Below are positions 15,001 to 29,680 of a DNA stretch of 64,000 nucleotides, piece after piece. Source of the stretch: Auanema rhodensis (Eukaryota > Animalia > Nematoda); NCBI GenBank assembly GCA_964057225.1, contig OZ059894.1:12896001-12960000 (forward strand), in the 5' to 3' direction. Both the position numbers and the translations under genes were made by a program. A model generated the notes under the pieces. That model searched no databases. It was not told where the DNA came from and saw only the letters and a program-made list of their open reading frames with translations. The stretch's first letter is position 1, and each line of letters begins with the position of its first letter.

Positions 15001-18000
15001 AAAAATATGAGATTGTTTCAAAATACGTGATTAAATGAAGAAAATGGAGTAAAATGAATTGGAAAATTATAAAATATTTTCATGTTTTATTTCTTGAGTT
15101 TCAAAATATTCAAACTTTTTTTTTTCACTGTTTAAAATCTTACAGAACGAATGAATTGTTTCAAAACTATTGTAAAAATTTGAGATTGTTTCAAAATACG
15201 TGATTAAATGAAGAAAATGGAGTAAAATGAATTGGAAAATTATAAAATATTTCCATGTTTTATTTTCTTAGTATCAGAAAATTCGAATTAAGATCGTTTT
15301 CAATGTTTCAAATCTTAATGAACGAATTAATTGTTTCAAAACTATTGTAAAAATATGAGATTGTTTCAAAATACGTGATTAAATGAAGAAAATGGAGTAA
15401 AATGAATTGGAAAATTATAAAATATTTCCATGTTTTATTTTTTTAGTATCAGAAAATTCAAATTAAGATCGTTTTTAATGTTTCAAATCTCAATGAACGA
15501 ATGAATTGTTTCAAAACTATTGTAAAAATATGAGATTGTTTCAAAATACGTGATTATATGAAGAAAATGGAGTAAAATGAATTGGAAAATTATAAAATAT
15601 TTCCATGTTTTATTTTTTTAGTATCAGAAAATTCAAATTAAGATCGTTTTTAATGTTTCAAATCTCAATGAACGAATGAATTGTTTCAAAACTATTGTAA
15701 AAATATGAGATTGTTTCAAAATACGTGATTAAATGAAGAAAATGGAGTAAAATGAATTGGAAAATTATAAAATATTTCCATGTTTTATTTTCTTAGTATC
15801 AGAAAATTCAAATTAAGATCGTTTTCAATGTTTCAAATCTTAATGAACGAATTAATCGTTTCAAAACTATTGTAAAAATATGAGATTGTTTCAAAATACG
15901 TGATTAAATGAAGGAAATGGAGTAAAATGAATTGGAAAATTATAAAATATTTTCATGTTTTATTTCTTGAGTTTCAAAATATTCAAACTTTTTTTTTTCA
16001 CTGTTTAAAATCTTAATGAACGAATGAATTGTTTCAAAACTATTGTAAAAATTTGAGATTGTTTCAAAATACGTGATTAAATGAAGAAAATGGAGTAAAA
16101 TGAATTGGAAAATTATAAAATATTTCCATGTTTTATTTTTTTAGTATCAGAAAATTCAAATTAAGATCGTTTTTAATGTTTCAAATCTCAATGAACGAAT
16201 GAATTGTTTCAAAATTATTGTAAAAATATGAGATTGTTTCAAAATACGTGATTAAATGAAGAAAATGGAGTAAAATGAATTGGAAAATTATAAAATATTT
16301 TCATGTTTTATTTCTTGAGTTTCAAAATATTCAAACTTTTTTTTTTCACTGTTTAAAATCTTAATGAACGAATGAATTGTTTCAAAACTATTGTAAAAAT
16401 ATGAGATTGTTTCAAAATACGTGATTAAATGAAGAAAATGGAGTAAAATGAATTGGAAAATTATAAAATATTTCCATGTTTTATTTTCTTAGTATCAGAA
16501 AATTCAAATTAAGATCGTTTTCAATGTTTCAAATCTTAATGAACGAATTAATCGTTTCAAAACTATTGTAAAAATATGAGATTGTTTCAAAATACGTGAT
16601 TAAATGAAGAAAATAGAGTAAAATGAATTGGAATATTATAAAATATTTTCATGTTTTATTTCTTGAGTATCAAAATATTCAAACTTTTTTTTTTCACTGT
16701 TTAAAATCTTAATGAACGAATGAATTGTTTCAAAACTATTGTAAAAATATGAGATTGTTTCAAAATACGTGATTAAATGAAGGAAATGGAGTAAAATGAA
16801 TTGGAAAATTATAAAATATTTTCATGTTTTATTTCTTGAGTTTCAAAATATTCAAACTTTTTTTTTTCACTGTTTAAAATCTTAATGAACGAATGAATTG
16901 TTTCAAAACTATTGTAAAAATTTGAGATTGTTTCAAAATACGTGATTAAATGAAGAAAATGGAGTAAAATGAATTGGAAAATTATAAAATATTTCCATGT
17001 TTTATTTTTTTAGTATCAGAAAATTCAAATTAAGATCGTTTTTAATGTTTCAAATCTCAATGAACGAATGAATTGTTTCAAAACTATTGTAAAAATATGA
17101 GATTGTTTCAAAATACGTGATTAAATGAAGAAAATGGAGTAAAATGAATTGGAAAATTATAAAATATTTTCATGTTTTATTTCTTGAGTTTCAAAATATT
17201 CAAACTTTTTTTTTTCACTGTTTAAAATCTTAATGAACGAATGAATTGTTTCAAAACTATTGTAAAAATTTGAGATTGTTTCAAAATACGTGATTTAATG
17301 AAGAAAATAGAGTAAAATGAATTGGAAAATTATAAAATATTTTCATGTTTTATTTTTTTAGTATCAGAAAATTCAAATTAAGATCGTTTTTAATGTTTCA
17401 AATCTTAATGAACGAATGTTTCAAAACTATTGTAAAAATATGAGATTGTTTCAAAATACGTGATTAAATGAAGAAAATGGAGTAAAATGAATTGGAAAAT
17501 TATAAAATATTTTCATTTTTTATTTCTTGAGTATCAAAATATTCAAAATTATATCTTTTTTACTGTTAAAAACATTATTAACTGGATGATTTGTTTGGAA
17601 ATTATTGTAAAAATATGAGATTGTTTCAAAATACGTGATTAAATGAAGAAAATGGAGCAAAATGAATTGGAAAATTATAAAATATTTTCATGTTTTATTT
17701 CTTGAGTATCAAAATATTTAAACTTTTTTTTTTCACTGTTTAAAATCTTACAGAACGAATGAATTGTTTCAAAACTATTGTAAAAATTTGAGATTGTTTC
17801 AAAATTTGTGATTAAATGAAGAAAATGGAGTAAAATGAATTGGAAAATTATAAAATATTTCCATGTTTTATTTTCTTAGTATCAGAAAATTCAAATTAAG
17901 ATCGTTTTTAATGTTTCAAATCTTAATGAACGAATGAATTGTTTCAAAACTATTGTAAAAATATGAGATTGTTTCAAAATACGTGATTAAATGAAGAAAA

Positions 18001-21000
18001 TGGAGTAAAATGAATTGGAAAATTATAAAATATTTCCATGTTTTATTTTCTTAGTATCAGAAAATTCAAATTAAGATCGTTTTTAATGTTTCAAATCTTA
18101 ATGAACGAATGAATTGTTTCAAAACTATTGTAAAAATATGAGATTAATTCAAAATACGTGATTAAATGAAGAAAATGGAGTAAAATGAATTGGAAAATTA
18201 TAAAATATTTTCATGTTTTATTTCTTGAGTTTCAAAATATTCAAACTTTTTTTTTTCACTGTTTAAAATCTTAATGAACGAATGAATTGTTTCAAAACTA
18301 TTGTAAAAATATGAGATTGTTTCAAAATACGTGATTAAATGAAGAAAATGGAGTAAAATGAATTGGAAAATTATAAAATATTTTCATGTTTTATTTCTTG
18401 AGTTTCAAAATATTCAAACTTTTTTTTTTCACTGTTTAAAATCTTAATTAACGAATGAATTGTTTCAAAACTATTGTAAAAATATGAGATTGTTTCAAAA
18501 TACGTGATTAAATGAAGAAAATGGAGTAAAATGAATTGGAAAATTATAAAATATTTCCATGTTTTATTTTTTTAGTATCAGAAAATTCAAATTAAGATCG
18601 TTTTTAATGTTTCAAATCTCAATGAACGAATGAATTGTTTCAAAACTATTGTAAAAATATGAGATTGTTTCAAAATACGTGATTAAATGAAGAAAATGGA
18701 GCAAAATGAATTGGAAAATTATAAAATATTTTCATGTTTTATTTCTTGAGTATCAAAATATTTAAACTTTTTTTTTTCACTGTTTAAAATCTTAATGAAC
18801 GAATGAATTGTTTCAAAACTATTGTAAAAATATGAGATTGTTTCAAAATACGTGATTAAATGAAGAAAATGGAGTAAAATGAATTGGAAAATTATAAAAT
18901 ATTTTCATGTTTTATTTCTTGAGTTTCAAAATATTCAAACTTTTTTTTTTCACTGTTTAAAATCTTACAGAACGAATGAATTGTTTCAAAACTATTGTAA
19001 AAATTTGAGATTGTTTCAAAATACGTGATTAAATGAAGAAAATGGAGTAAAATGAATTGGAAAATTATAAAATATTTCCATGTTTTATTTTCTTAGTATC
19101 AGAAAATTCGAATTAAGATCGTTTTCAATGTTTCAAATCTTAATGAACGAATTAATCGTTTCAAAACTATTGTAAAAATATGAGATTGTTTCAAAATACG
19201 TGATTAAATGAAGAAAATGGAGTAAAATGAATTGGAAAATTATAAAATATTTCCATGTTTTATTTTTTTAGTATCAGAAAATTCAAATTAAGATCGTTTT
19301 TAATGTTTCAAATCTTAATGAACGAATGAATTGTTTCGAAACTATTGTAAAAATATGAGATTGTTTCAAAATACGTGATTAAATGAAGAAAATGGAGCAA
19401 AATGAATTGGAAAATTATAAAATATTTTCATGTTTTATTTCTTGAGTATCAAAATATTTAAACTTTTTTTTTTCACTGTTTAAAATCTTAATGAACGAAT
19501 GAATTGTTTCAAAACTATTGTAAAAATATGAGATTGTTTCAAAATACGTGATTAAATGAAGAAAATGGAGTAAAATGAATTGGAAAATTATAAAATATTT
19601 TCATGTTTTATTTCTTGAGTTTCAAAATATTCAAACTTTTTTTTTTCACTGTTTAAAATCTTACAGAACGAATGAATTGTTTCAAAACTATTGTAAAAAT
19701 TTGAGATTGTTTCAAAATACGTGATTAAATGAAGAAAATGGAGTAAAATGAATTGGAAAATTATAAAATATTTCCATGTTTTATTTTCTTAGTATCAGAA
19801 AATTCGAATTAAGATCGTTTTCAATGTTTCAAATCTTAATGAACGAATTAATTGTTTCAAAACTATTGTAAAAATATGAGATTGTTTCAAAATACGTGAT
19901 TAAATGAAGAAAATGGAGTAAAATGAATTGGAAAATTATAAAATATTTCCATGTTTTATTTTTTTAGTATCAGAAAATTCAAATTAAGATCGTTTTTAAT
20001 GTTTCAAATCTCAATGAACGAATGAATTGTTTCAAAACTATTGTAAAAATATGAGATTGTTTCAAAATACGTGATTAAATGAAGAAAATGGAGTAAAATG
20101 AATTGGAAAATTATAAAATATTTTCATGTTTTATTTCTTGAGTTTCAAAATATTCAAACTTTTTTTTTTCACTGTTTAAAATCTTAATGAACGAATGAAT
20201 TGTTTCAAAACTATTGTAAAAATATGAGATTGTTTCAAAATACGTGATTAAATGAAGAAAATGGAGTAAAATGAATTGGAAAATTATAAAATATTTTCAT
20301 GTTTTATTTCTTGAGTTTCAAAATATTCAAACTTTTTTTTTTCACTGTTTAAAATCTTAATGAACGAATGAATTGTTTCAAAACTATTGTAAAAATTTGA
20401 GATTGTTTCAAAATACGTGATTTAATGAAGAAAATAGAGTAAAATGAATTGGAAAATTATAAAATATTTTCATGTTTTATTTTTTTAGTATCAGAAAATT
20501 CAAATTAAGATCGTTTTTAATGTTTCAAATCTTAATGAACGAATGTTTCAAAACTATTGTAAAAATATGAGATTGTTTCAAAATACGTGATTAAATGAAG
20601 AAAATGGAGTAAAATGAATTGGAAAATTATAAAATATTTTCATTTTTTATTTCTTGAGTATCAAAATATTCAAAATTATATCTTTTTTACTGTTAAAAAC
20701 ATTATTAACTGGATGATTTGTTTGGAAATTATTGTAAAAATATGAGATTGTTTCAAAATACGTGATTAAATGAAGAAAATGGAGCAAAATGAATTGGAAA
20801 ATTATAAAATATTTTCATTTTTTATTTCTTGAGTATCAAAATATTCAAAATTATATCTTTTTTACTGTTAAAAACATTATTAACTGGATGATTTGTTTGG
20901 AAATTATTGTAAAAATATGAGATTGTTTCAAAATACGTGATTAAATGAAGAAAATGGAGCAAAATGAATTGGAAAATTATAAAATATTTTCATGTTTTAT

Positions 21001-23596
21001 TTCTTGAGTATCAAAATATTTAAACTTTTTTTTTTCACTGTTTAAAATCTTACAGAACGAATGAATTGTTTCAAAACTATTGTAAAAATTTGAGATTGTT
21101 TCAAAATTTGTGATTAAATGAAGAAAATGGAGTAAAATGAATTGGAAAATTATAAAATATTTCCATGTTTTATTTTCTTAGTATCAGAAAATTCAAATTA
21201 AGATCGTTTTTTATGTTTCAAATCTTAATGAACGAATGAATTGTTTCAAAACTATTGTAAAAATATGAGATTAATTCAAAATACGTGATTAAATGAAGAA
21301 AATGGAGTAAAATGAATTGGAAAATTATAAAATATTTTCATGTTTTATTTCTTGAGTTTCAAAATATTCAAACTTTTTTTTTTCACTGTTTAAAATCTTA
21401 ATGAACGAATGAATTGTTTCAAAACTATTGTAAAAATATGAGATTGTTTCAAAATACGTGATTAAATGAAGAAAATGGAGTAAAATGAATTGGAAAATTA
21501 TAAAATATTTTCATGTTTTATTTCTTGAGTTTCAAAATATTCAAACTTTTTTTTTTCACTGTTTAAAATCTTAATTAACGAATGAATTGTTTCAAAACTA
21601 TTGTAAAAATATGAGATTGTTTCAAAATACGTGATTAAATGAAGAAAATGGAGTAAAATGAATTGGAAAATTATAAAATATTTCCATGTTTTATTTTTTT
21701 AGTATCAGAAAATTCAAATTAAGATCGTTTTTAATGTTTCAAATCTCAATGAACGAATGAATTGTTTCAAAACTATTGTAAAAATATGAGATTGTTTCAA
21801 AATACGTGATTAAATGAAGAAAATGGAGCAAAATGAATTGGAAAATTATAAAATATTTTCATGTTTTATTTCTTGAGTATCAAAATATTTAAACTTTTTT
21901 TTTTCACTGTTTAAAATCTTAATGAACGAATGAATTGTTTCAAAACTATTGTAAAAATATGAGATTGTTTCAAAATACGTGATTAAATGAAGAAAATGGA
22001 GTAAAATGAATTGGAAAATTATAAAATATTTTCATGTTTTATTTCTTGAGTTTCAAAATATTCAAACTTTTTTTTTTCACTGTTTAAAATCTTACAGAAC
22101 GAATGAATTGTTTCAAAACTATTGTAAAAATTTGAGATTGTTTCAAAATACGTGATTAAATGAAGAAAATGGAGTAAAATGAATTGGAAAATTATAAAAT
22201 ATTTCCATGTTTTATTTTCTTAGTATCAGAAAATTCGAATTAAGATCGTTTTCAATGTTTCAAATCTTAATGAACGAATTAATTGTTTCAAAACTATTGT
22301 AAAAATATGAGATTGTTTCAAAATACGTGATTAAATGAAGAAAATGGAGTAAAATGAATTGGAAAATTATAAAATATTTCCATGTTTTATTTTTTTAGTA
22401 TCAGAAAATTCAAATTAAGATCGTTTTTAATGTTTCAAATCTCAATGAACGAATGAATTGTTTCAAAACTATTGTAAAAATATGAGATTGTTTCAAAATA
22501 CGTGATTAAATGAAGAAAATGGAGTAAAATGAATTGGAAAATTATAAAATATTTTCATGTTTTATTTCTTGAGTTTCAAAATATTCAAACTTTTTTTTTT
22601 CACTGTTTAAAATCTTAATGAACGAATGAATTGTTTCAAAACTATTGTAAAAATATGAGATTGTTTCAAAATACGTGATTAAATGAAGAAAATGGAGTAA
22701 AATGAATTGGAAAATTATAAAATATTTCCATGTTTTATTTTCTTAGTATCAGAAAATTCAAATTAAGATCGTTTTCAATGTTTCAAATCTTAATGAACGA
22801 ATTAATCGTTTCAAAACTATTGTAAAAATATGAGATTGTTTCAAAATACGTGATTAAATGAAGAAAATGGAGTAAAATGAATTGGAAAATTATAAAATAT
22901 TTTCATGTTTTATTTCTTGAGTTTCAAAATATTCAAACTTTTTTTTTTCACTGTTTAAAATCTTAATGAACGAATGAATTGTTTCAAAACTATTGTAAAA
23001 ATTTGAGATTGTTTCAAAATACGTGATTTAATGAAGAAAATAGAGTAAAATGAATTGGAAAATTATAAAATATTTTCATGTTTTATTTCTTGAGTTTCAA
23101 AATATTCAAACTTTTTTTTTTCACTGTTTAAAATCTTAATGAACGAATGAATTGTTTCAAAACTATTGTAAAAATTTGAGATTGTTTCAAAATACGTGAT
23201 TTAATGAAGAAAATAGAGTAAAATGAATTGGAAAATTATAAAATATTTTCATGTTTTATTTTTTTAGTATCAGAAAATTCAAATTAAGATCGTTTTTAAT
23301 GTTTCAAATCTTAATGAACGAATGTTTCAAAACTATTGTAAAAATATGAGATTGTTTCAAAATACGTGATTAAATGAAGAAAATGGAGTAAAATGAATTG
23401 GAAAATTATAAAATATTTTCATTTTTTATTTCTTGAGTATCAAAATATTCAAAATTATATCTTTTTTACTGTTAAAAACATTATTAACTGGATGATTTGT
23501 TTGGAAATTATTGTAAAAATATGAGATTGTTTCAAAATACGTGATTAAATGAAGAAAATGGAGCAAAATGAATTGGAAAATTATAAAATATTTTCA

Positions 23597-26553
23597 TTTT
23601 TTATTTCTTGAGTATCAAAATATTCAAAATTATATCTTTTTTACTGTTAAAAACATTATTAACTGGATGATTTGTTTGGAAATTATTGTAAAAATATGAG
23701 ATTGTTTCAAAATACGTGATTAAATGAAGAAAATGGAGCAAAATGAATTGGAAAATTATAAAATATTTTCATGTTTTATTTCTTGAGTATCAAAATATTT
23801 AAACTTTTTTTTTTCACTGTTTAAAATCTTACAGAACGAATGAATTGTTTCAAAACTATTGTAAAAATTTGAGATTGTTTCAAAATTTGTGATTAAATGA
23901 AGAAAATGGAGTAAAATGAATTGGAAAATTATAAAATATTTCCATGTTTTATTTTCTTAGTATCAGAAAATTCAAATTAAGATCGTTTTTTATGTTTCAA
24001 ATCTTAATGAACGAATGAATTGTTTCAAAACTATTGTAAAAATATGAGATTAATTCAAAATACGTGATTAAATGAAGAAAATGGAGTAAAATGAATTGGA
24101 AAATTATAAAATATTTTCATGTTTTATTTCTTGAGTTTCAAAATATTCAAACTTTTTTTTTTCACTGTTTAAAATCTTAATGAACGAATGAATTGTTTCA
24201 AAACTATTGTAAAAATATGAGATTGTTTCAAAATACGTGATTAAATGAAGAAAATGGAGTAAAATGAATTGGAAAATTATAAAATATTTTCATGTTTTAT
24301 TTCTTGAGTTTCAAAATATTCAAACTTTTTTTTTTCACTGTTTAAAATCTTAATTAACGAATGAATTGTTTCAAAACTATTGTAAAAATATGAGATTGTT
24401 TCAAAATACGTGATTAAATGAAGAAAATGGAGTAAAATGAATTGGAAAATTATAAAATATTTCCATGTTTTATTTTTTTAGTATCAGAAAATTCAAATTA
24501 AGATCGTTTTTAATGTTTCAAATCTCAATGAACGAATGAATTGTTTCAAAACTATTGTAAAAATATGAGATTGTTTCAAAATACGTGATTAAATGAAGAA
24601 AATGGAGCAAAATGAATTGGAAAATTATAAAATATTTTCATGTTTTATTTCTTGAGTATCAAAATATTTAAACTTTTTTTTTTCACTGTTCAAAATCTTA
24701 ATGAACGAATGAATTGTTTCAAAACTATTGTAAAAATATGAGATTGTTTCAAAATACGTGATTAAATGAAGAAAATGGAGTAAAATGAATTGGAAAATTA
24801 TAAAATATTTTCATGTTTTATTTCTTGAGTTTCAAAATATTCAAACTTTTTTTTTTCACTGTTTAAAATCTTACAGAACGAATGAATTGTTTCAAAACTA
24901 TTGTAAAAATTTGAGATTGTTTCAAAATACGTGATTAAATGAAGAAAATGGAGTAAAATGAATTGGAAAATTATAAAATATTTCCATGTTTTATTTTCTT
25001 AGTATCAGAAAATTCGAATTAAGATCGTTTTCAATGTTTCAAATCTTAATGAACGAATTAATTGTTTCAAAACTATTGTAAAAATATGAGATTGTTTCAA
25101 AATACGTGATTAAATGAAGAAAATGGAGTAAAATGAATTGGAAAATTATAAAATATTTCCATGTTTTATTTTTTTAGTATCAGAAAATTCAAATTAAGAT
25201 CGTTTTTAATGTTTCAAATCTCAATGAACGAATGAATTGTTTCAAAACTATTGTAAAAATATGAGATTGTTTCAAAATACGTGATTAAATGAAGAAAATG
25301 GAGTAAAATGAATTGGAAAATTATAAAATATTTTCATGTTTTATTTCTTGAGTTTCAAAATATTCAAACTTTTTTTTTTCACTGTTTAAAATCTTAATGA
25401 ACGAATGAATTGTTTCAAAACTATTGTAAAAATATGAGATTGTTTCAAAATACGTGATTAAATGAAGAAAATGGAGTAAAATGAATTGGAAAATTATAAA
25501 ATATTTCCATGTTTTATTTTCTTAGTATCAGAAAATTCAAATTAAGATCGTTTTCAATGTTTCAAATCTTAATGAACGAATTAATCGTTTCAAAACTATT
25601 GTAAAAATATGAGATTGTTTCAAAATACGTGATTAAATGAAGAAAATAGAGTAAAATGAATTGGAATATTATAAAATATTTTCATGTTTTATTTCTTGAG
25701 TATCAAAATATTCAAACTTTTTTTTTTCACTGTTTAAAATCTTAATGAACGAATGAATTGTTTCAAAACTATTGTAAAAATATGAGATTGTTTCAAAATA
25801 CGTGATTAAATGAAGGAAATGGAGTAAAATGAATTGGAAAATTATAAAATATTTTCATGTTTTATTTCTTGAGTTTCAAAATATTCAAACTTTTTTTTTT
25901 CACTGTTTAAAATCTTAATGAACGAATGAATTGTTTCAAAACTATTGTAAAAATTTGAGATTGTTTCAAAATACGTGATTAAATGAAGAAAATGGAGTAA
26001 AATGAATTGGAAAATTATAAAATATTTCCATGTTTTATTTTTTTAGTATCAGAAAATTCAAATTAAGATCGTTTTTAATGTTTCAAATCTCAATGAACGA
26101 ATGAATTGTTTCAAAACTATTGTAAAAATATGAGATTGTTTCAAAATACGTGATTAAATGAAGAAAATGGAGTAAAATGAATTGGAAAATTATAAAATAT
26201 TTTCATGTTTTATTTCTTGAGTTTCAAAATATTCAAACTTTTTTTTTTCACTGTTTAAAATCTTAATGAACGAATGAATTGTTTCAAAACTATTGTAAAA
26301 ATTTGAGATTGTTTCAAAATACGTGATTTAATGAAGAAAATAGAGTAAAATGAATTGGAAAATTATAAAATATTTTCATGTTTTATTTTTTTAGTATCAG
26401 AAAATTCAAATTAAGATCGTTTTTAATGTTTCAAATCTTAATGAACGAATGAATTGTTTCAAAACTATTGTAAAAATATGAGATTGTTTCAAAATACGTG
26501 ATTAAATGAAGAAAATGGAGTAAAATGAATTGGAAAATTATAAAATATTTTCA
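23597..26553. repeat. One representative higher-order repeat unit (17 monomers, 2957 bp)
   Basis: C monomers start at 23597 and 26554. The order is C-B-A-B-B-A-B-B-A-A-B-A-B-B-A-B-A, and 8x175 + 9x173 = 2957. The same order of diagnostic variants recurs elsewhere, often with one extra A. Confidence 0.8.
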
Positions 26554-28783
26554 TTTTTTATTTCTTGAGTATCAAAATATTCAAAATTATATCTTTTTTA
26601 CTGTTAAAAACATTATTAACTGGATGATTTGTTTGGAAATTATTGTAAAAATATGAGATTGTTTCAAAATACGTGATTAAATGAAGAAAATGGAGCAAAA
26701 TGAATTGGAAAATTATAAAATATTTTCATGTTTTATTTCTTGAGTATCAAAATATTTAAACTTTTTTTTTTCACTGTTTAAAATCTTACAGAACGAATGA
26801 ATTGTTTCAAAACTATTGTAAAAATTTGAGATTGTTTCAAAATTTGTGATTAAATGAAGAAAATGGAGTAAAATGAATTGGAAAATTATAAAATATTTCC
26901 ATGTTTTATTTTCTTAGTATCAGAAAATTCAAATTAAGATCGTTTTTAATGTTTCAAATCTTAATGAACGAATGAATTGTTTCAAAACTATTGTAAAAAT
27001 ATGAGATTGTTTCAAAATACGTGATTAAATGAAGAAAATGGAGTAAAATGAATTGGAAAATTATAAAATATTTCCATGTTTTATTTTCTTAGTATCAGAA
27101 AATTCAAATTAAGATCGTTTTTAATGTTTCAAATCTTAATGAACGAATGAATTGTTTCAAAACTATTGTAAAAATATGAGATTAATTCAAAATACGTGAT
27201 TAAATGAAGAAAATGGAGTAAAATGAATTGGAAAATTATAAAATATTTTCATGTTTTATTTCTTGAGTTTCAAAATATTCAAACTTTTTTTTTTCACTGT
27301 TTAAAATCTTAATGAACGAATGAATTGTTTCAAAACTATTGTAAAAATATGAGATTGTTTCAAAATACGTGATTAAATGAAGAAAATGGAGTAAAATGAA
27401 TTGGAAAATTATAAAATATTTTCATGTTTTATTTCTTGAGTTTCAAAATATTTAAACTTTTTTTTTTCACTGTTTAAAATCTTAATGAACGAATGAATTG
27501 TTTCAAAACTATTGTAAAAATATGAGATTGTTTCAAAATACGTGATTAAATGAAGAAAATGGAGTAAAATGAATTGGAAAATTATAAAATATTTTCATGT
27601 TTTATTTCTTGAGTTTCAAAATATTCAAACTTTTTTTTTTCACTGTTTAAAATCTTACAGAACGAATTAATTGTTTCAAAACTATTGTAAAAATATGAGA
27701 TTGTTTCAAAATACGTGATTAAATGAAGAAAATGGAGTAAAATGAATTGGAAAATTATAAAATATTTCCATGTTTTATTTTTTTAGTATCAGAAAATTCA
27801 AATTAAGATCGTTTTTAATGTTTCAAATCTCAATGAACGAATGAATTGTTTCAAAACTATTGTAAAAATATGAGATTGTTTCAAAATACGTGATTAAATG
27901 AAGAAAATGGAGTAAAATGAATTGGAAAATTATAAAATATTTTCATGTTTTATTTCTTGAGTTTCAAAATATTCAAACTTTTTTTTTTCACTGTTTAAAA
28001 TCTTAATGAACGAATGAATTGTTTCAAAACTATTGTAAAAATATGAGATTGTTTCAAAATACGTGATTAAATGAAGAAAATGGAGTAAAATGAATTGGAA
28101 AATTATAAAATATTTCCATGTTTTATTTTCTTAGTATCAGAAAATTCAAATTAAGATCGTTTTCAATGTTTCAAATCTTAATGAACGAATTAATCGTTTC
28201 AAAACTATTGTAAAAATATGAGATTGTTTCAAAATACGTGATTAAATGAAGAAAATAGAGTAAAATGAATTGGAATATTATAAAATATTTTCATGTTTTA
28301 TTTCTTGAGTATCAAAATATTCAAACTTTTTTTTTTCACTGTTTAAAATCTTAATGAACGAATGAATTGTTTCAAAACTATTGTAAAAATATGAGATTGT
28401 TTCAAAATACGTGATTAAATGAAGGAAATGGAGTAAAATGAATTGGAAAATTATAAAATATTTTCATGTTTTATTTCTTGAGTTTCAAAATATTCAAACT
28501 TTTTTTTTTCACTGTTTAAAATCTTAATGAACGAATGAATTGTTTCAAAACTATTGTAAAAATTTGAGATTCTTTCAAAATACGTGATTAAATGAAGAAA
28601 ATGGAGTAAAATGAATTGGAAAATTATAAAATATTTCCATGTTTTATTTTTTTAGTATCAGAAAATTCAAATTAAGATCGTTTTTAATGTTTCAAATCTC
28701 AATGAACGAATGAATTGTTTCAAAACTATTGTAAAAATATGAGATTGTTTCAAAATACGTGATTAAATGAAGAAAATGGAGTA

Positions 28784-28788
28784 AAATG
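28784..28788. other. Target-site duplication AAATG (left copy)
   Basis: Removing the element and one AAATG restores the satellite consensus GGAGTAAAATGAATTGG. Confidence 0.95.
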
Positions 28789-29647
28789 TGTTTTGACTGG
28801 AGTCCTTTGAAGTAGGAGAGCGTAAAACAGGCATGGGTGGTTCAGTGGATTTGAAGTGTAGAGAACGAGAACGCTAGGTTACTTGGACAACGATTTATTA
28901 AGAGAGAACTGGTAAAGACAACAGTGACAAAAAATAGAAAAATAGATGAACACAATACGAAGCAAGAATACAAGGTAATATGGAGCAGCAGCAACAGCAG
29001 AACGACGCTTGGAGCGGTCGTTGGATCAAGAGGTGGAGAATGGGAAAAGTTGCGAGCTTATATACGAATTCTACCGAGCGATATACAATACATATTAATG
29101 ATGGCATGAAGAAATAGAGAAATAATTTACAACAAGAATACGAAATAATATATAATAAATGAAATATAAAATAATCTAGGAATAATAGATACGTGGGCTG
29201 AATATTAGAATAGAATAGAATATAGAGAGAATACAGCATTTTGCCACAGATTGAATGTGCCTTCTGCTGTAAGTTGTGGGGGCAGGCTAAGTGTAGATGA
29301 GTCATGTCTTATCCTGTGCGGCATCTCCCAGATTTTGCAGGATGCGCGAGTGGGCGAATGAGTCATGAGCCATTTAGACCTCGATTGCAACTTACAAGAT
29401 TATTAATTAAGCTAAACGAATTCTTAAGATTAAAATAGACTATAGGCAATAAGAGAACAAGATTAACATAAAAGGTTAAGATGGATAGATGTGTTTAAGA
29501 GACAATAATGAAGGAACATCTGGTGAGTAATCGGATAAACTTGCATGTGTGTGTGCGGCACGTATGAGTCATAGGTGAATAAAATAGTGGGAATAAAGTG
29601 CATCGTTGTCCAAAAAGAGTATGGGAAAGATGGAGTGCGTTCGCACA
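28789..29647 (-). repeat. 3' LTR (859 bp)
   Basis: Direct repeat of 37897-38755. The only mismatch found by eye is 29405 A versus 38513 G. Confidence 0.97.
28894..28899 (-). terminator. Polyadenylation signal AATAAA in the 3' LTR (copy at 38002-38007)
   Basis: AATAAA on the coding strand about 105 nt before the LTR end, downstream of the TATA box. Confidence 0.65.
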
Positions 29648-29658
29648 CTCCCGCCGCC
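29648..29658 (-). promoter_or_regulatory. Polypurine tract
   Basis: GGCGGCGGGAG lies immediately upstream of the TG of the 3' LTR on the minus strand. Confidence 0.8.
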
Positions 29659-29680
29659 GAATATGCTATAATAGCATTGT

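Larger units (their letters stand above)
1..28788. repeat. AT-rich tandem satellite array, left arm (173-175 bp monomers; types A, B, C)
   Basis: Monomer starts at 1, 176, 349, 524 and 699 give periods of 175, 173, 175 and 175. Shared part: ATTGTAAAAATATGAGATTGTTTCAAAATACGTGATTAAATGAAGAAAATGGAGTAAAATGAATTGGAAAATTATAAAATATTT. Type A carries TAGTATCAGAAAATTCAAATTAAGATCG, type B carries TTCAAAC-T10-CACTG, and type C carries ACTGGATGATTTGTTTGG. The ORF track shows nothing here. The array runs off the window start. Confidence 0.99.

Noticed and set aside
1-28788. CRISPR array (constant segment alternating with variable segment)
   Set aside because: The variable segments are three recurring homologous types rather than unique spacers. 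There are no cas genes and the context is eukaryotic.
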